24,000 bases of DNA from the NCBI RefSeq assembly GCF_015207395.1, contig NZ_JADEWX010000057.1, positions 7,235 to 31,234 on the forward strand, read 5' to 3'. This stretch comes from Nodosilinea sp. LEGE 07088. Lineage in GTDB: Bacteria > Cyanobacteriota > Cyanobacteriia > Phormidesmidales > Phormidesmidaceae. Position numbers and translations under genes: made by a program. Shown in pieces: positions 9,430 to 17,919 of the stretch; positions within the stretch are counted from its first letter, which is position 1, and the number at the start of each line of letters is the position of its first letter. The notes under the pieces are model-generated. The model did not search any database. It saw only the letters and a program-made list of their open reading frames with translations, and was not told the DNA's origin.

Positions 9430-10893
9430 CTATCGTTCGCTGGGGTCGATGGGCGGCATGGAGAGCACCGGCTCGTTTTTGCGATCGATGCCGACAATGA
9501 ACCCCGCCGCCGTCGCCCGCGCCAGCCCGGCGTGCCACCAGTGCCCCACTAAGAAGAAGAAGGCGAAGATAAAGTGGGCCGAGGCCAGCCAGGTGCGCGG
9601 CGAAACGTAGTTAAACGCGTTGGTTTCCGTCGCCAGACCGGCCACCGAGTTGATCGAGCCCAGGGGGGCGTGGGTCATGTATTCTGAGGCGCGGCGCACC
9701 TGCCAGGGCTGGACGTCGTTTCTGAGTTTATTTAGGTCTAGGCCGTTGGTGCCGCGCAGGGGTTCTAGCCAGGGAGCCTTGGCATCCCAAAAGCGCATGG
9801 TTTCGCCGCCAAAGATAATTTCTCCACTGGGCGATCGCTGTAGATACTTACCCAACCCGGTCGGCCCCTGGGCCGACGCGATGTCGGCCCCCAAGCCCTG
9901 GTCGCGCACCAAAAACACCAGCGACTGCGCCTGGGATGCCTCGGGAATCGTCGGGCCGTAGAACTCGCTGGGGTAAACCGTATTGTTAAACCAGATGAAC
10001 GCCGTGGCGATAAAGGCCTGCCCGGCAATGTTGCCCAGGCTCTGGGCCAGATAGGTTTCCCCACTCCAGGGGTAGAGGTTGTGGGTCCAGCGCAGGGGCG
10101 GTACCAAAATGTGCCAAATGCCGCCGATCACCAGCAGCGAGCCGATCCAAATGTGGCCGCCGATCACGTCTTCTAAATTGTCGACGCCGATAATCCAGCC
10201 GCTGCCGCCGTAGGGGCTATGAAACAGGTAGCCAAAAATAATCCGGGGGTCGAGGGTGGGGTTGGTGATCAGCCGCACGTCGCCGCCGCCCGGAGCCCAG
10301 GGGTCGTACAGGCCGCCCCAGAACATGGCTTTGCAGACAAACAGCAGGGCAAAAATGCCCAGAACACCGATGTGGAAGCCCAAAATTTGGGCCACCTTGG
10401 CGCGATCGCCCCAGTCAAAGTCAAAATAGCCCGAGAGCTTTTCTGGCCCGCGCAGGGCGTGGTAGAGGCCGCCAAAGCCCAAAATCGCCGAGCCAATCAG
10501 GTGAATGACCCCGATGGCAAAGAACGGGAAAATGTCGATGATTTCGCCGCCGTGGCCGACGCCAAAGCCCAGGGTGGCAATGTGGGGCATGAGAATGCAG
10601 CCCTGCTCGTACATGGGCTGGGCCGGGTTGTAGTGGCTCACCTCAAACAGCAGCATGCCCCCGGCCCAAAAGGCCAGTAGGGCCGCGTGGGCGATGTGGG
10701 CACCCAAAAAACGGCCAGTTAGATCGGTGGTGATCAGTCGAGCATTGCCTGCCCACCAGGCGTAGCCGCTGGATTCCTCGTCGTAGCCAGCTTTATTGGA
10801 GGTATTGCGATCCCCTTCGTTAACGAAGGGGGTGAGGGTGTTGAGCGAAATGTTGTCTAGTGAAGATGCGATCGGTTCTATGGGGGTTTCCAC
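9430..10893 (-). CDS. psbC: Photosystem II CP43 apoprotein (far-red paralog)
   Basis: The track ORF runs to 10977, but the likely start is a GTG at 10893 preceded by AAGGAG (caaggagatttaacccctGTG), giving 487 aa beginning [21 protein letters not shown] and the OEC ligand region GGETMRFWD are present. Confidence 0.93.
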   Translation of the reverse strand: METPIEPIASSLDNISLNTLTPFVNEGDRNTSNKAGYDEESSGYAWWAGNARLITTDLTGRFLGAHIAHAALLAFWAGGMLLFEVSHYNPAQPMYEQGCILMPHIATLGFGVGHGGEIIDIFPFFAIGVIHLIGSAILGFGGLYHALRGPEKLSGYFDFDWGDRAKVAQILGFHIGVLGIFALLFVCKAMFWGGLYDPWAPGGGDVRLITNPTLDPRIIFGYLFHSPYGGSGWIIGVDNLEDVIGGHIWIGSLLVIGGIWHILVPPLRWTHNLYPWSGETYLAQSLGNIAGQAFIATAFIWFNNTVYPSEFYGPTIPEASQAQSLVFLVRDQGLGADIASAQGPTGLGKYLQRSPSGEIIFGGETMRFWDAKAPWLEPLRGTNGLDLNKLRNDVQPWQVRRASEYMTHAPLGSINSVAGLATETNAFNYVSPRTWLASAHFIFAFFFLVGHWWHAGLARATAAGFIVGIDRKNEPVLSMPPIDPSER

Positions 10894-10945
10894 AGGGGTT
10901 AAATCTCCTTGAAAACAGTCAATCTTGAAAAGAAACTGATGAGCT

Positions 10946-10979
10946 GGGTGAGGGGCGCACCGCGGTGCGCCCCTCACCC
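10946..10979. repeat. Perfect 34-nt GC-rich palindrome in the psbD-psbC spacer
   Basis: GGGTGAGGGGCGCACCG|CGGTGCGCCCCTCACCC, 17-nt arms, starting 1 nt downstream of the psbD stop codon. Confidence 0.97.
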
Positions 10980-10980
10980 C

Positions 10981-12039
10981 CTATTCACCAACGCCGCGAG
11001 GCAGCACCTCTTCGGGGAAGACAAACTTTTTGGCGGGTTGGTCAAGCTCGCTCATCCAGGCCCGCACCCCTTCGTTGAGCAATATATTTTTGGTGTAGAA
11101 GGTCTCAAACTCAGGGTCTTGGGCCGCCCGAATTTCCTGGCTAACAAAGTCGTAGGCCCGCAGGTTAAAGGCCAGGCCAATCATGCCGATGGCGCTCATC
11201 CACAGGCCTGTGACCGGCACAAATAGCATGAAGAAATGCAGCCAGCGCTTGTTTGAAAACGCGATGCCAAAGATCTGCGACCAGAATCGATTGGCGGTCA
11301 CCATGGAATAGGTTTCCTCGGCCTGGGTGGTCGAAAATCCTTTAAAGGTGTTTTTGCCAGTGGAGTCTCTATACAGCGTGTTTTGTACCGTCGCCCCGTG
11401 AATGGCGCAGAGCAGAGCCGCCCCCAGCACCCCGGTCACCCCCATCATGTGAAAGGGGTTGAGGGTGTAGTTGTGAAATCCCTGGAAAAATAAGAGAAAT
11501 CGAAAGATAGCGGCGACGCCGAAGCCGGGGCCAAAAAACCAGCTCGACTGCCCCAGGGGATACATCAAAAAGGTGGCCACAAAGACCGCAATCGGGGCAG
11601 AAAAGGCGATCGCATTGTAGGGCCTGAGACCCACCAGCCGCGCCACTTCAATTTGCCGCAGCATAAAGCCCATTAGTCCCAGCACGCCGTGAAACGCAAT
11701 GAAATTCCACAGTCCGCCGATCTGGCACCAGCGGGTAAAGTCGCCGCCGGCCTCTGGCCCCCACAAAAACAGCAGGGAATGCCCCATGCTTTCCGCCGGG
11801 GTGGACACCGCCACGGTTAAAAAGTTGCAGCCCTCTAAATAGGAGCTGACCAGGCCGTGGGTGTACCAGGAGGTCACAAAGGAGGTGCCGGTAAACCAGG
11901 CCCCAATGGCAAGATAAGAACAGGGAAATAGCAGCAGCCCCGACCAGCCAATAAACACAAAGCGATCGCGCTTGAGCCAGTCGTCAAGGGTGCCAAGCCA
12001 GCCCTGGGCCGACTTGAGACTGCCCATGGTAGTTGTCAT
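10981..12039 (-). CDS. psbD: Photosystem II D2 protein (far-red paralog)
   Basis: 352 aa; [89 protein letters not shown]. Confidence 0.97.
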   Translation of the reverse strand: MTTTMGSLKSAQGWLGTLDDWLKRDRFVFIGWSGLLLFPCSYLAIGAWFTGTSFVTSWYTHGLVSSYLEGCNFLTVAVSTPAESMGHSLLFLWGPEAGGDFTRWCQIGGLWNFIAFHGVLGLMGFMLRQIEVARLVGLRPYNAIAFSAPIAVFVATFLMYPLGQSSWFFGPGFGVAAIFRFLLFFQGFHNYTLNPFHMMGVTGVLGAALLCAIHGATVQNTLYRDSTGKNTFKGFSTTQAEETYSMVTANRFWSQIFGIAFSNKRWLHFFMLFVPVTGLWMSAIGMIGLAFNLRAYDFVSQEIRAAQDPEFETFYTKNILLNEGVRAWMSELDQPAKKFVFPEEVLPRGVGE

Positions 12040-12239
12040 AACGTAGTCCTCTGGGTTCAGAATGATGGTTTGAAAGCTAGATATAGGAATAGGCGAGTAC
12101 CTAGTACTGAAAGGCAGAAGGCAGAGGCAGAGGACGCATCCCAGATATCACAAGGGTTTCCGCGTTAGTAAATAGGTGAGTTATTGCCGCCTCAGAATGC
12201 CTGGCCGATATAGGTTGCCGTGCTGTAGAAAGCTGTGGT

Positions 12240-12773
12240 TTACACCACCGGAATACTCTCGCCAACGCCGTCGTTGATGAAGTACGGCGGGCCGGGTAGA
12301 GCGATGTACTGAATGATTTGATCGAAGTACGGAATCACCTCCTCGGCGGTGGCGGCGTCAAGCTGTTTAATCGCCTCGGCCTTGAGACAGCGCATGTATT
12401 GCAGAATGTTGGTCAGGGGAATGCCGACGTTGGCATAGAGATCTTTCATGCCGGTGAGGCCAATCTCTTGCAGGGGCCGGTCGTTGCCTGCCAGCAGGCA
12501 GTAGCTGATCAGGCGAATGTACCAGCCCACGTCGCGTTTGGCCGATGCCGTTTTGATCCGGTTGCCAGAGTTGCTGGGGGTTCTGGGGCAAATTTTCCAG
12601 AACTGCCGGGTGCCCTTTTCCACAATGGTGGGGGCCTTGGCCTCGAGTTGTTTGACGAGCTGAATGCGCTCTGCCCCAGACTGGCAAAAGGTTTGAATCA
12701 TGCGCAGTTCCCCAGGGGTGGGGTAGCGCAGCTCTTCGTCGGCGTTGAGAATAACTTGCTTGATTAAACTCAT
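12240..12773 (-). CDS. Allophycocyanin alpha-like subunit (ApcD2/D3/D5-type) lacking the bilin-attachment Cys and with a C-terminal extension
   Basis: 177 aa; MSLIKQVILNADEELRYPTPGELRMIQTFCQSGAERIQ, PRTPSNSGN, WYIRLISYCLLAG. Residue 78 is Ala (TASAKRD) where its two sister proteins have Cys (RASCLRD, TASCQRD). It ends IIQYIALPGPPYFINDGVGESIPVV. Confidence 0.92.
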   Translation of the reverse strand: MSLIKQVILNADEELRYPTPGELRMIQTFCQSGAERIQLVKQLEAKAPTIVEKGTRQFWKICPRTPSNSGNRIKTASAKRDVGWYIRLISYCLLAGNDRPLQEIGLTGMKDLYANVGIPLTNILQYMRCLKAEAIKQLDAATAEEVIPYFDQIIQYIALPGPPYFINDGVGESIPVV

Positions 12774-12995
12774 GGATTTATGCAGAAAGTAAACAGGTGA
12801 AATCGTTGGCGTTTATATTCAGTTCCAATCCAGCGGGCTGAGCTTAGATTCTGTAAACCTGAATGCCGCCAAACCAGCCAATGGCAATGCGATAGCTGAA
12901 GATAGCCCGCAGCTTTTTGCGCCAGTGAAAGATAGCTGCCAATGGGTTTGGCCAAAGATTCAGGGGCCGGTTAGCCGCAGAGAGGTGGGTTCGGG

Positions 12996-15416
12996 TCATG
13001 GTGAATTGGCCTCCGAGGGCTGGGCCGCTGTCGCCATCGGCTCGGGCTTTGCTGCCGGAGGCGAGGACGGATGCCCGTTGTGGGCTGCAGCCTCCGGGGC
13101 GAGGTTGGGTACTGGCGATGGTGCCATTGACGCTGGCTCCGCCTGGCGATCCAGCACCGCTACGGCAGAAGCACTCTGGGCGGTACTCTGGGCAGCACTC
13201 TGGGCGGCACTCTGGGCGGCACTCTGGGCAGTACTCTGGGCGGCCATCCACTCGCCAGCGATGGCGGGGTTGTGGCGGGGCTTGCCCCAGGCGGTGGGGC
13301 CCTGGGGCGATCGCAGGGCATAGCCCCGGGGGGTCAGGTAGCGATCGTAGGGCACCGTTTCATCCCCAAATACCTGGGCGTATTCAGGGCTGTCGATGAT
13401 GGCATCGACCAGGGCATAAAAGCCCGCTTTACCGGCGATGTCGTAGTAGCGGTTGAGCTCTGCGCGGCCATAGGTGGGGCGGCCCAGCAGGCGGCGGTGA
13501 ATGCATTCAATTGACTTAGTGATGTACAGGTTTTCCCAATACATCTGTCGAAAGGCACGGGAGTAGGCGAGCTGGCGGACAAAGTCTCGCAGGGTAATCT
13601 CGCCGCCCTTGAGTTTGGTTTCGGCCACATCCTGCCGCTGGCTGTCGAACACCTCGCGGCCAAACACCTGACGGTAGGCTCCGAGAATGACAGCATCCAT
13701 AGAGTGATGGGCAAGATTCACGTTGGGGCCCTGGGGATGGCTACCCCGCTCGGGCTGGTGGGAGGGCTCCAGCTTAAACACCGACTGGCCAAACAGCCCC
13801 GGCACTCGGCCCAGGTGGGCTGAGGCATTGGGCTCAACGTGCCCATTGTGTCGCCGACCATTCTGCAGCCCGCTGCTGATTAAAATGCGGCGGCTAGTCG
13901 AGCTAAAGTGGGCCGGTTGGGCACTGGGGTGGCGGGTTTCGTCGGGGAAGATCGCCCCAAACTGAATCTCTAAGGGGTCGTTGCCCACGCCGTAGGGGTG
14001 CTGATCGGGCAGCGGTTTTTGGGCGCGGGCAAAGGTGGTGACAAACTGAGGTACCTTGCGGGCCGGGGCGCTGTACTTAAATAGGTCAAGCTGCGGCCCC
14101 CAGTTGCGGCATTCCTGCGCCTCTATCCCTAGACCCCTGAGGTAGGGTACGGTCTCTTCGCCAAAGTAGTCGGCGTACTCCTGGGAGTCGACCAGGGCAT
14201 CGACCAGGGCGGGCAGGCCCCCCTCGGAGATCACGTCGAAGTAGGTCTGAAATTCTTCTAGGCAGCTCAGCCCGCGACCCAAGAAATGCCGATGGGCCAG
14301 CTCAATCACCCGGCTAATCGTAAACGGCTCGTAGAACTCGCGCCGGTAGAGCCGCGATTTGCCCAGGTGCCGCACAAACTCTTTCATGGAATACAAGCCG
14401 CTTCTGAGCTTTGACTCCAGATCGCTCGCGGCCAAGCCGTAGGCCTGGGTTACATCGCGCTCAAGCACCTGGCGGTAGGCGGCGCGAATGGCCTCCTGAA
14501 GTTCGGTCTCCGACAGCCCTGGTTTAACGACTAGCTTGGGCGTCGGCAGCGCGCTCTGGTAATAGCTCTGGGGCAGGGGCTGCCCAGGGTGGAGTTTCGA
14601 CACGCCAATGCGCAGCCGATCGTCGGGCTTTTCCACCAGGTAGTCGGTGATCAGTACCTCAAAGTAGCGCTTGACCAGGGCGGCGGCATTGCTATCGGGC
14701 AGCAGGCACTGACCCGCCTTCCACTGCATTTCTCGCAGGGCGACGACGGTGGCCAGCGTCACATCTTCGGGAATGACGCCCCGCAACCCCCGAGTGTTGA
14801 CGGTGATAATGCTGGTGTCGCCCGCCACCATGGCGTAGGTGACGTAGCGCAAAAACCAGGCCAGATCGCGCATCGAGCGCTTCATCCGCGCCGTGCCGTA
14901 CTTGGCAATGCTGATGGTGCGAAATCGACTGGGAACGCTGGGCCGACCCTGGGCAAAGAGTGACGCGATCTGATCCACCAGGGTATTGGTAGAGTCGATT
15001 GACTGAGGCTCTTTGAACTGGGTTATTGAGGTGCCCTTGCCACGTCGGTGGCGGACGTTAGCCGACAAATAGTCTTCGCCGATGTAATATCTTGAACCGG
15101 GCATGCCGATGGGGTCGGTGGGCCGTTCGAGATAAGCCATCGGCGAACCGCCGGTAAAAATACGGTTGGCCCCTGCGGCCACAATTTTGTCGGCGTTTTG
15201 CGTCAGCGCGGCAGCGATTTCCAGGCGCTTTTGCCCCGACTCAAAAAAGGCCGAGAGGGTTTTGAGCTCGCTGGATTTTGGGTAGCGATCGCGCTGTTCG
15301 GCCTCGGCAATTACGGCCGTGGGCACGGTATGAAATGCTTGCGGGTGAGTAACTGGGCTGCCCCCGTTGGTCCGATTAGTCATGGTGGGTATGGCTCGCT
15401 TGGGTTGGTTGGGCAA
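12996..15416 (-). CDS. apcE2: Far-red phycobilisome core-membrane linker ApcE2
   Basis: 806 aa (ATG at 15383 is an alternative start). It has a phycobilin-like domain (RDLAWFLRYVTYAMVAGDTSIITVNTRGLRG), the VIPEDVT motif replacing the Cys-containing segment of canonical ApcE, and two linker (REP) domains. Confidence 0.95.
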   Translation of the reverse strand: MPNQPKRAIPTMTNRTNGGSPVTHPQAFHTVPTAVIAEAEQRDRYPKSSELKTLSAFFESGQKRLEIAAALTQNADKIVAAGANRIFTGGSPMAYLERPTDPIGMPGSRYYIGEDYLSANVRHRRGKGTSITQFKEPQSIDSTNTLVDQIASLFAQGRPSVPSRFRTISIAKYGTARMKRSMRDLAWFLRYVTYAMVAGDTSIITVNTRGLRGVIPEDVTLATVVALREMQWKAGQCLLPDSNAAALVKRYFEVLITDYLVEKPDDRLRIGVSKLHPGQPLPQSYYQSALPTPKLVVKPGLSETELQEAIRAAYRQVLERDVTQAYGLAASDLESKLRSGLYSMKEFVRHLGKSRLYRREFYEPFTISRVIELAHRHFLGRGLSCLEEFQTYFDVISEGGLPALVDALVDSQEYADYFGEETVPYLRGLGIEAQECRNWGPQLDLFKYSAPARKVPQFVTTFARAQKPLPDQHPYGVGNDPLEIQFGAIFPDETRHPSAQPAHFSSTSRRILISSGLQNGRRHNGHVEPNASAHLGRVPGLFGQSVFKLEPSHQPERGSHPQGPNVNLAHHSMDAVILGAYRQVFGREVFDSQRQDVAETKLKGGEITLRDFVRQLAYSRAFRQMYWENLYITKSIECIHRRLLGRPTYGRAELNRYYDIAGKAGFYALVDAIIDSPEYAQVFGDETVPYDRYLTPRGYALRSPQGPTAWGKPRHNPAIAGEWMAAQSTAQSAAQSAAQSAAQSTAQSASAVAVLDRQAEPASMAPSPVPNLAPEAAAHNGHPSSPPAAKPEPMATAAQPSEANSP
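13171..13242 (-). repeat. Six 12-nt tandem units inside the apcE2 C-terminal region encoding AQSA/AQST repeats
   Basis: Units GCACTCTGGGCG / GTACTCTGGGCA on the + strand; encode AQSTAQSAAQSAAQSAAQSAAQSTAQSA. Confidence 0.9.
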
Positions 15417-15445
15417 TACGGCTGGCGAATATGGCTATCGCTGAT

Positions 15446-15925
15446 CTAGGGCGTCATGCCCTGAATCAGGTAGTCAAAGTAAGGCCCCACTTCGGCCCTG
15501 TCTTCAAGGGTGAGCAGATCCAGGGCGGCGTCTTTGAGGCAGCGCATGCACTCGACGACGTTTCTAAGCGGAATTTCTAGCGACCTGTACATTTCCTTAG
15601 CGCCCTTCAGACCGCTGGTCTGGATCGGGTCAATATCGCCAACCACAATGGCGTAGGTAATCAGCCGCACGTACCAGCCCTGATCGCGCAGGCAGGAAGC
15701 CCGAAAAGTAGGGTTGCCGCTGTTGCTGGGGGTAATCTGACAGCGCTGCCAAAACGCTTCGCTGCCTTTCTCGACAATTTTTTCGATGTTGGCTGTCAAA
15801 ATTGAGGCAATCCGCAGACGCTGATCGCCGTCTTCAAAAAAGCTGCGCAGGGCATTGAGTTCGCCCTGGCTCAGATAACGAGCCTCGCGATCGGCATTGG
15901 CGATCGCTTGAGTAATGATGCTCAT
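15446..15925 (-). CDS. Allophycocyanin alpha-like subunit, far-red paralog (ApcD2/D3/D5-type)
   Basis: 159 aa; PSNSGN and ASCLRDQGWYVRLITYAIVVGD, chromophore Cys retained. Confidence 0.92.
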   Translation of the reverse strand: MSIITQAIANADREARYLSQGELNALRSFFEDGDQRLRIASILTANIEKIVEKGSEAFWQRCQITPSNSGNPTFRASCLRDQGWYVRLITYAIVVGDIDPIQTSGLKGAKEMYRSLEIPLRNVVECMRCLKDAALDLLTLEDRAEVGPYFDYLIQGMTP

Positions 15926-15969
15926 GGTTTGATCACGATAGTTACATCAAGGGCAACAAAGGAGTATCG

Positions 15970-16075
15970 ACTTAAAGCGGGATAAATCTCTGAGGCAGCC
16001 GTCAGAAGTCAGGAGCCAAGAATCGAGAGCTAGGAGCGCGCAGCTTTCTGCCCTCTGCCTTCTGTCTTCTGTCTT
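15970..16075 (+). repeat. Dispersed intergenic repeat, copy 1
   Basis: ACTTAAAGCGGGATAAAT...GCAGCCGTCAGAAGTCAGGAG...AGCTAGGAGCGCGC resembles the inverse-oriented copy at 17578..17664. Confidence 0.65.
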
Positions 16076-16169
16076 AGTTGAGGGTGATGCGGGTGTCCAA
16101 CCGTCAAATCGACACCCGCCATCTCCCCTTAACGCGTTCCGGGAGAGCAGAACGCATAGATGACACGCG

Positions 16170-16655
16170 CTAGCTCAGCCCCGTGCAAATGTGGTCAAAG
16201 TAGAGCCCCATTTCTTTGCCGGCGTCTGCGCCGAGCATTTCGGTGGTGACCTCTTTCATGGCCTGCACCGCCCGCACCGTCGCCCCCACCGGCACGCCAA
16301 GGGAGTTATAGGTTTCGCGCAGCCCGTTGAGCACGCGCTCGTCTAAAATCGACGGGTCACCGGCCAGCATGGCGTAGGTGGCATAGCGCAGAAAATAGTC
16401 CATATCGCGCACGCAGGCGGCGTACCGACGACAGGTGTACATGTTGCCGCCGGGGGCGGTGATATCGGTATAGAGCAGCGATTTGGCGGTGGTGCGGGTG
16501 ACGATGGTAGACGCATTAGCGCTGATGGTCATGGCGGCTCGGGCCCGCAGTTCGCCGCTGCGAAAGTAGTCTTGCAGGTTGTTGAGTGACGACTCATCCA
16601 GATATTTGCCCTGGGTATCGGAGGTGTTAATCAGGGTCGTAATAGCGTCTTGCAT
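16170..16655 (-). CDS. apcB2: Allophycocyanin beta-like subunit, far-red paralog ApcB2
   Basis: 161 aa; [54 protein letters not shown], bilin Cys81 retained. Confidence 0.92.
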   Translation of the reverse strand: MQDAITTLINTSDTQGKYLDESSLNNLQDYFRSGELRARAAMTISANASTIVTRTTAKSLLYTDITAPGGNMYTCRRYAACVRDMDYFLRYATYAMLAGDPSILDERVLNGLRETYNSLGVPVGATVRAVQAMKEVTTEMLGADAGKEMGLYFDHICTGLS

Positions 16656-16877
16656 GGGTTAATTCCTGCGATGTAATAGTTGTTAAACAAATCGATTGAT
16701 TGCTCAGTAAAGAGCCCCAACTCAACAATGCTGTGATGTGGTGACATTGGCGCAGCTATGGCTGTAGGGCTATTAGCCCAACGGGCCACTGCGGTTAGTT
16801 GAGATGCGTTACGCGGGGCGTTGGCGCACCCTACACTCAATGCCATTTCCCCTCAGGAGGGGGTGGGGCTCAAGCTT

Positions 16878-17354
16878 TTAGGACAACGAGTGAATAATCA
16901 AATCAAAGTAAGGGGCGACTTCAGCGCCATCTTCTTCACTCATTAGAGACATGGCTTCCTCTTTGAGGCAGCGCATACACTCGGCAATATTCCGAATCGG
17001 AATTTCCAGGTTGTTGTACATTTCTTTAATGCCAACGGTGCCAATTTCTTCGAGGGGTCGCTCACTACCTGCCAAAATTGAATAGGCAATTAGTCGTACA
17101 TACCAGCCTTGATCGCGCTGACAGGAGGCTGTTTTACGCTCGTTGCCGCAGTTGCTGGGGGTGTTAGGACAGCGTTCCCAAAATCTGGCGCTGCCGTTTT
17201 GAACGATTCGCTGCTCGTTTTCGGCTAGGATTTTGGCGATGCGAATGCGCTGCTCTCCGGTTTTTACGAAATCTTGGTAGATGCGTATTTCCTTAGGAGC
17301 CGGATAACGAGCCTCACTATCTGCACTCAAGATTAGTTCTGTCACCAAACTCAT
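16878..17354 (-). CDS. Allophycocyanin alpha-like subunit, far-red paralog (ApcD2/D3/D5-type)
   Basis: 158 aa; MSLVTELILSADSEARYPAPKEIR, NTPSNCGN, ASCQRDQGWYVRLIAYSILAG, Cys retained. Confidence 0.92.
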   Translation of the reverse strand: MSLVTELILSADSEARYPAPKEIRIYQDFVKTGEQRIRIAKILAENEQRIVQNGSARFWERCPNTPSNCGNERKTASCQRDQGWYVRLIAYSILAGSERPLEEIGTVGIKEMYNNLEIPIRNIAECMRCLKEEAMSLMSEEDGAEVAPYFDLIIHSLS

Positions 17355-17577
17355 AATCTATTATCTCCAAGCGGGTTGACGAAGTGTTTGAAACTGTTGA
17401 ATAAATCTTCCGATCAAGGGTTGGTAGGAGAATAAGCGATAAAAATGAAGAACCTATGAAGCATGAATTTTGCTTCAAGAAACTATATGCCTCGAGGATT
17501 TGACGGACGCAGCAGGAAGTCCAGGCAGATAGTCCGGGTATCAACATGATCTAGGGCAAGTCTGGGTGTGGGGATTT

Positions 17578-17664
17578 AGAAGCCAGGAGCCAGCAGGCCG
17601 CGCTCTCCTAACTCCTACTCCTGGCTTCTGACGGCTATCTAATAAATTTGCCCCGCTTTAAACC
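17578..17664 (-). repeat. Dispersed intergenic repeat, copy 2, containing a 12-nt perfect inverted repeat
   Basis: AGAAGCCAGGAG (17578..17589) / CTCCTGGCTTCT (17618..17629). The reverse complement of 17578..17664 aligns with 15970..16040. Confidence 0.65.
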
Positions 17665-17711
17665 GATACCTTTTCATACTGAGTACCGATAAGTAGCTGG
17701 GTTAATTCAAA

Positions 17712-17780
17712 TGTAGGATGGGTTAGCGATAGCGTAACCCATGCAGGTGTTGGGTTTCGTTCCTCAACCGCAACCTACAC
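17712..17780. repeat. Short repeat of the GTAGGATGGGTTAGCG...CCTAC type common in cyanobacterial intergenic DNA
   Basis: TGTAGGATGGGTTAGCGATAGCGTAACCCATGCAGGTGTTGGGTTTCGTTCCTCAACCGCAACCTACA. Confidence 0.6.
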
Positions 17781-17919
17781 GGTCTTATATTTGATTGGGT
17801 CTTCCTACTTAGCGTCTTCCCAGGAATTTCAGAGTTTAGTGCTTCAATCAATGATTGTCCTGGGTGTGGCCTAGGCGGCAGCGTCCTTCTCTGTTGTCCA
17901 GAAAGCCGCAGTAAACCCT

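Noticed and set aside
12318-12767. ORF 12318..12767 (+) and similar antisense ORFs over the AP genes (14589..14963, 10219..10680)
   Set aside because: Shadow ORFs of phycobiliprotein and psb coding sequence; no RBS or recognisable motif.
12844-13251. Cys/Pro/Glu-rich repetitive ORF (DGRPEYCPECRPECRPECC...) on the minus strand
   Set aside because: It is the alternative-frame reading of the 12-nt tandem repeat in apcE2. The repeat pattern is explained by the AQSA/AQST coding frame. The downstream stretch up to 12850 (NPLAAIFHWRKKLRAIF...) has no ATG start of its own.
10981-17354. Idea that these phycobilisome and PSII genes are the standard white-light copies
   Set aside because: Cys-less ApcE2 motif, three paralogous AP alpha genes without a canonical apcA/apcC operon, non-overlapping psbD/psbC, and clustering with chlF and a divergent psbA all point to the far-red paralogs.
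17317-17547. 76-aa minus-strand ORF in the divergent region
   Set aside because: It overlaps the start of the AP alpha gene in another frame, with no domain and no convincing RBS. More likely regulatory DNA.
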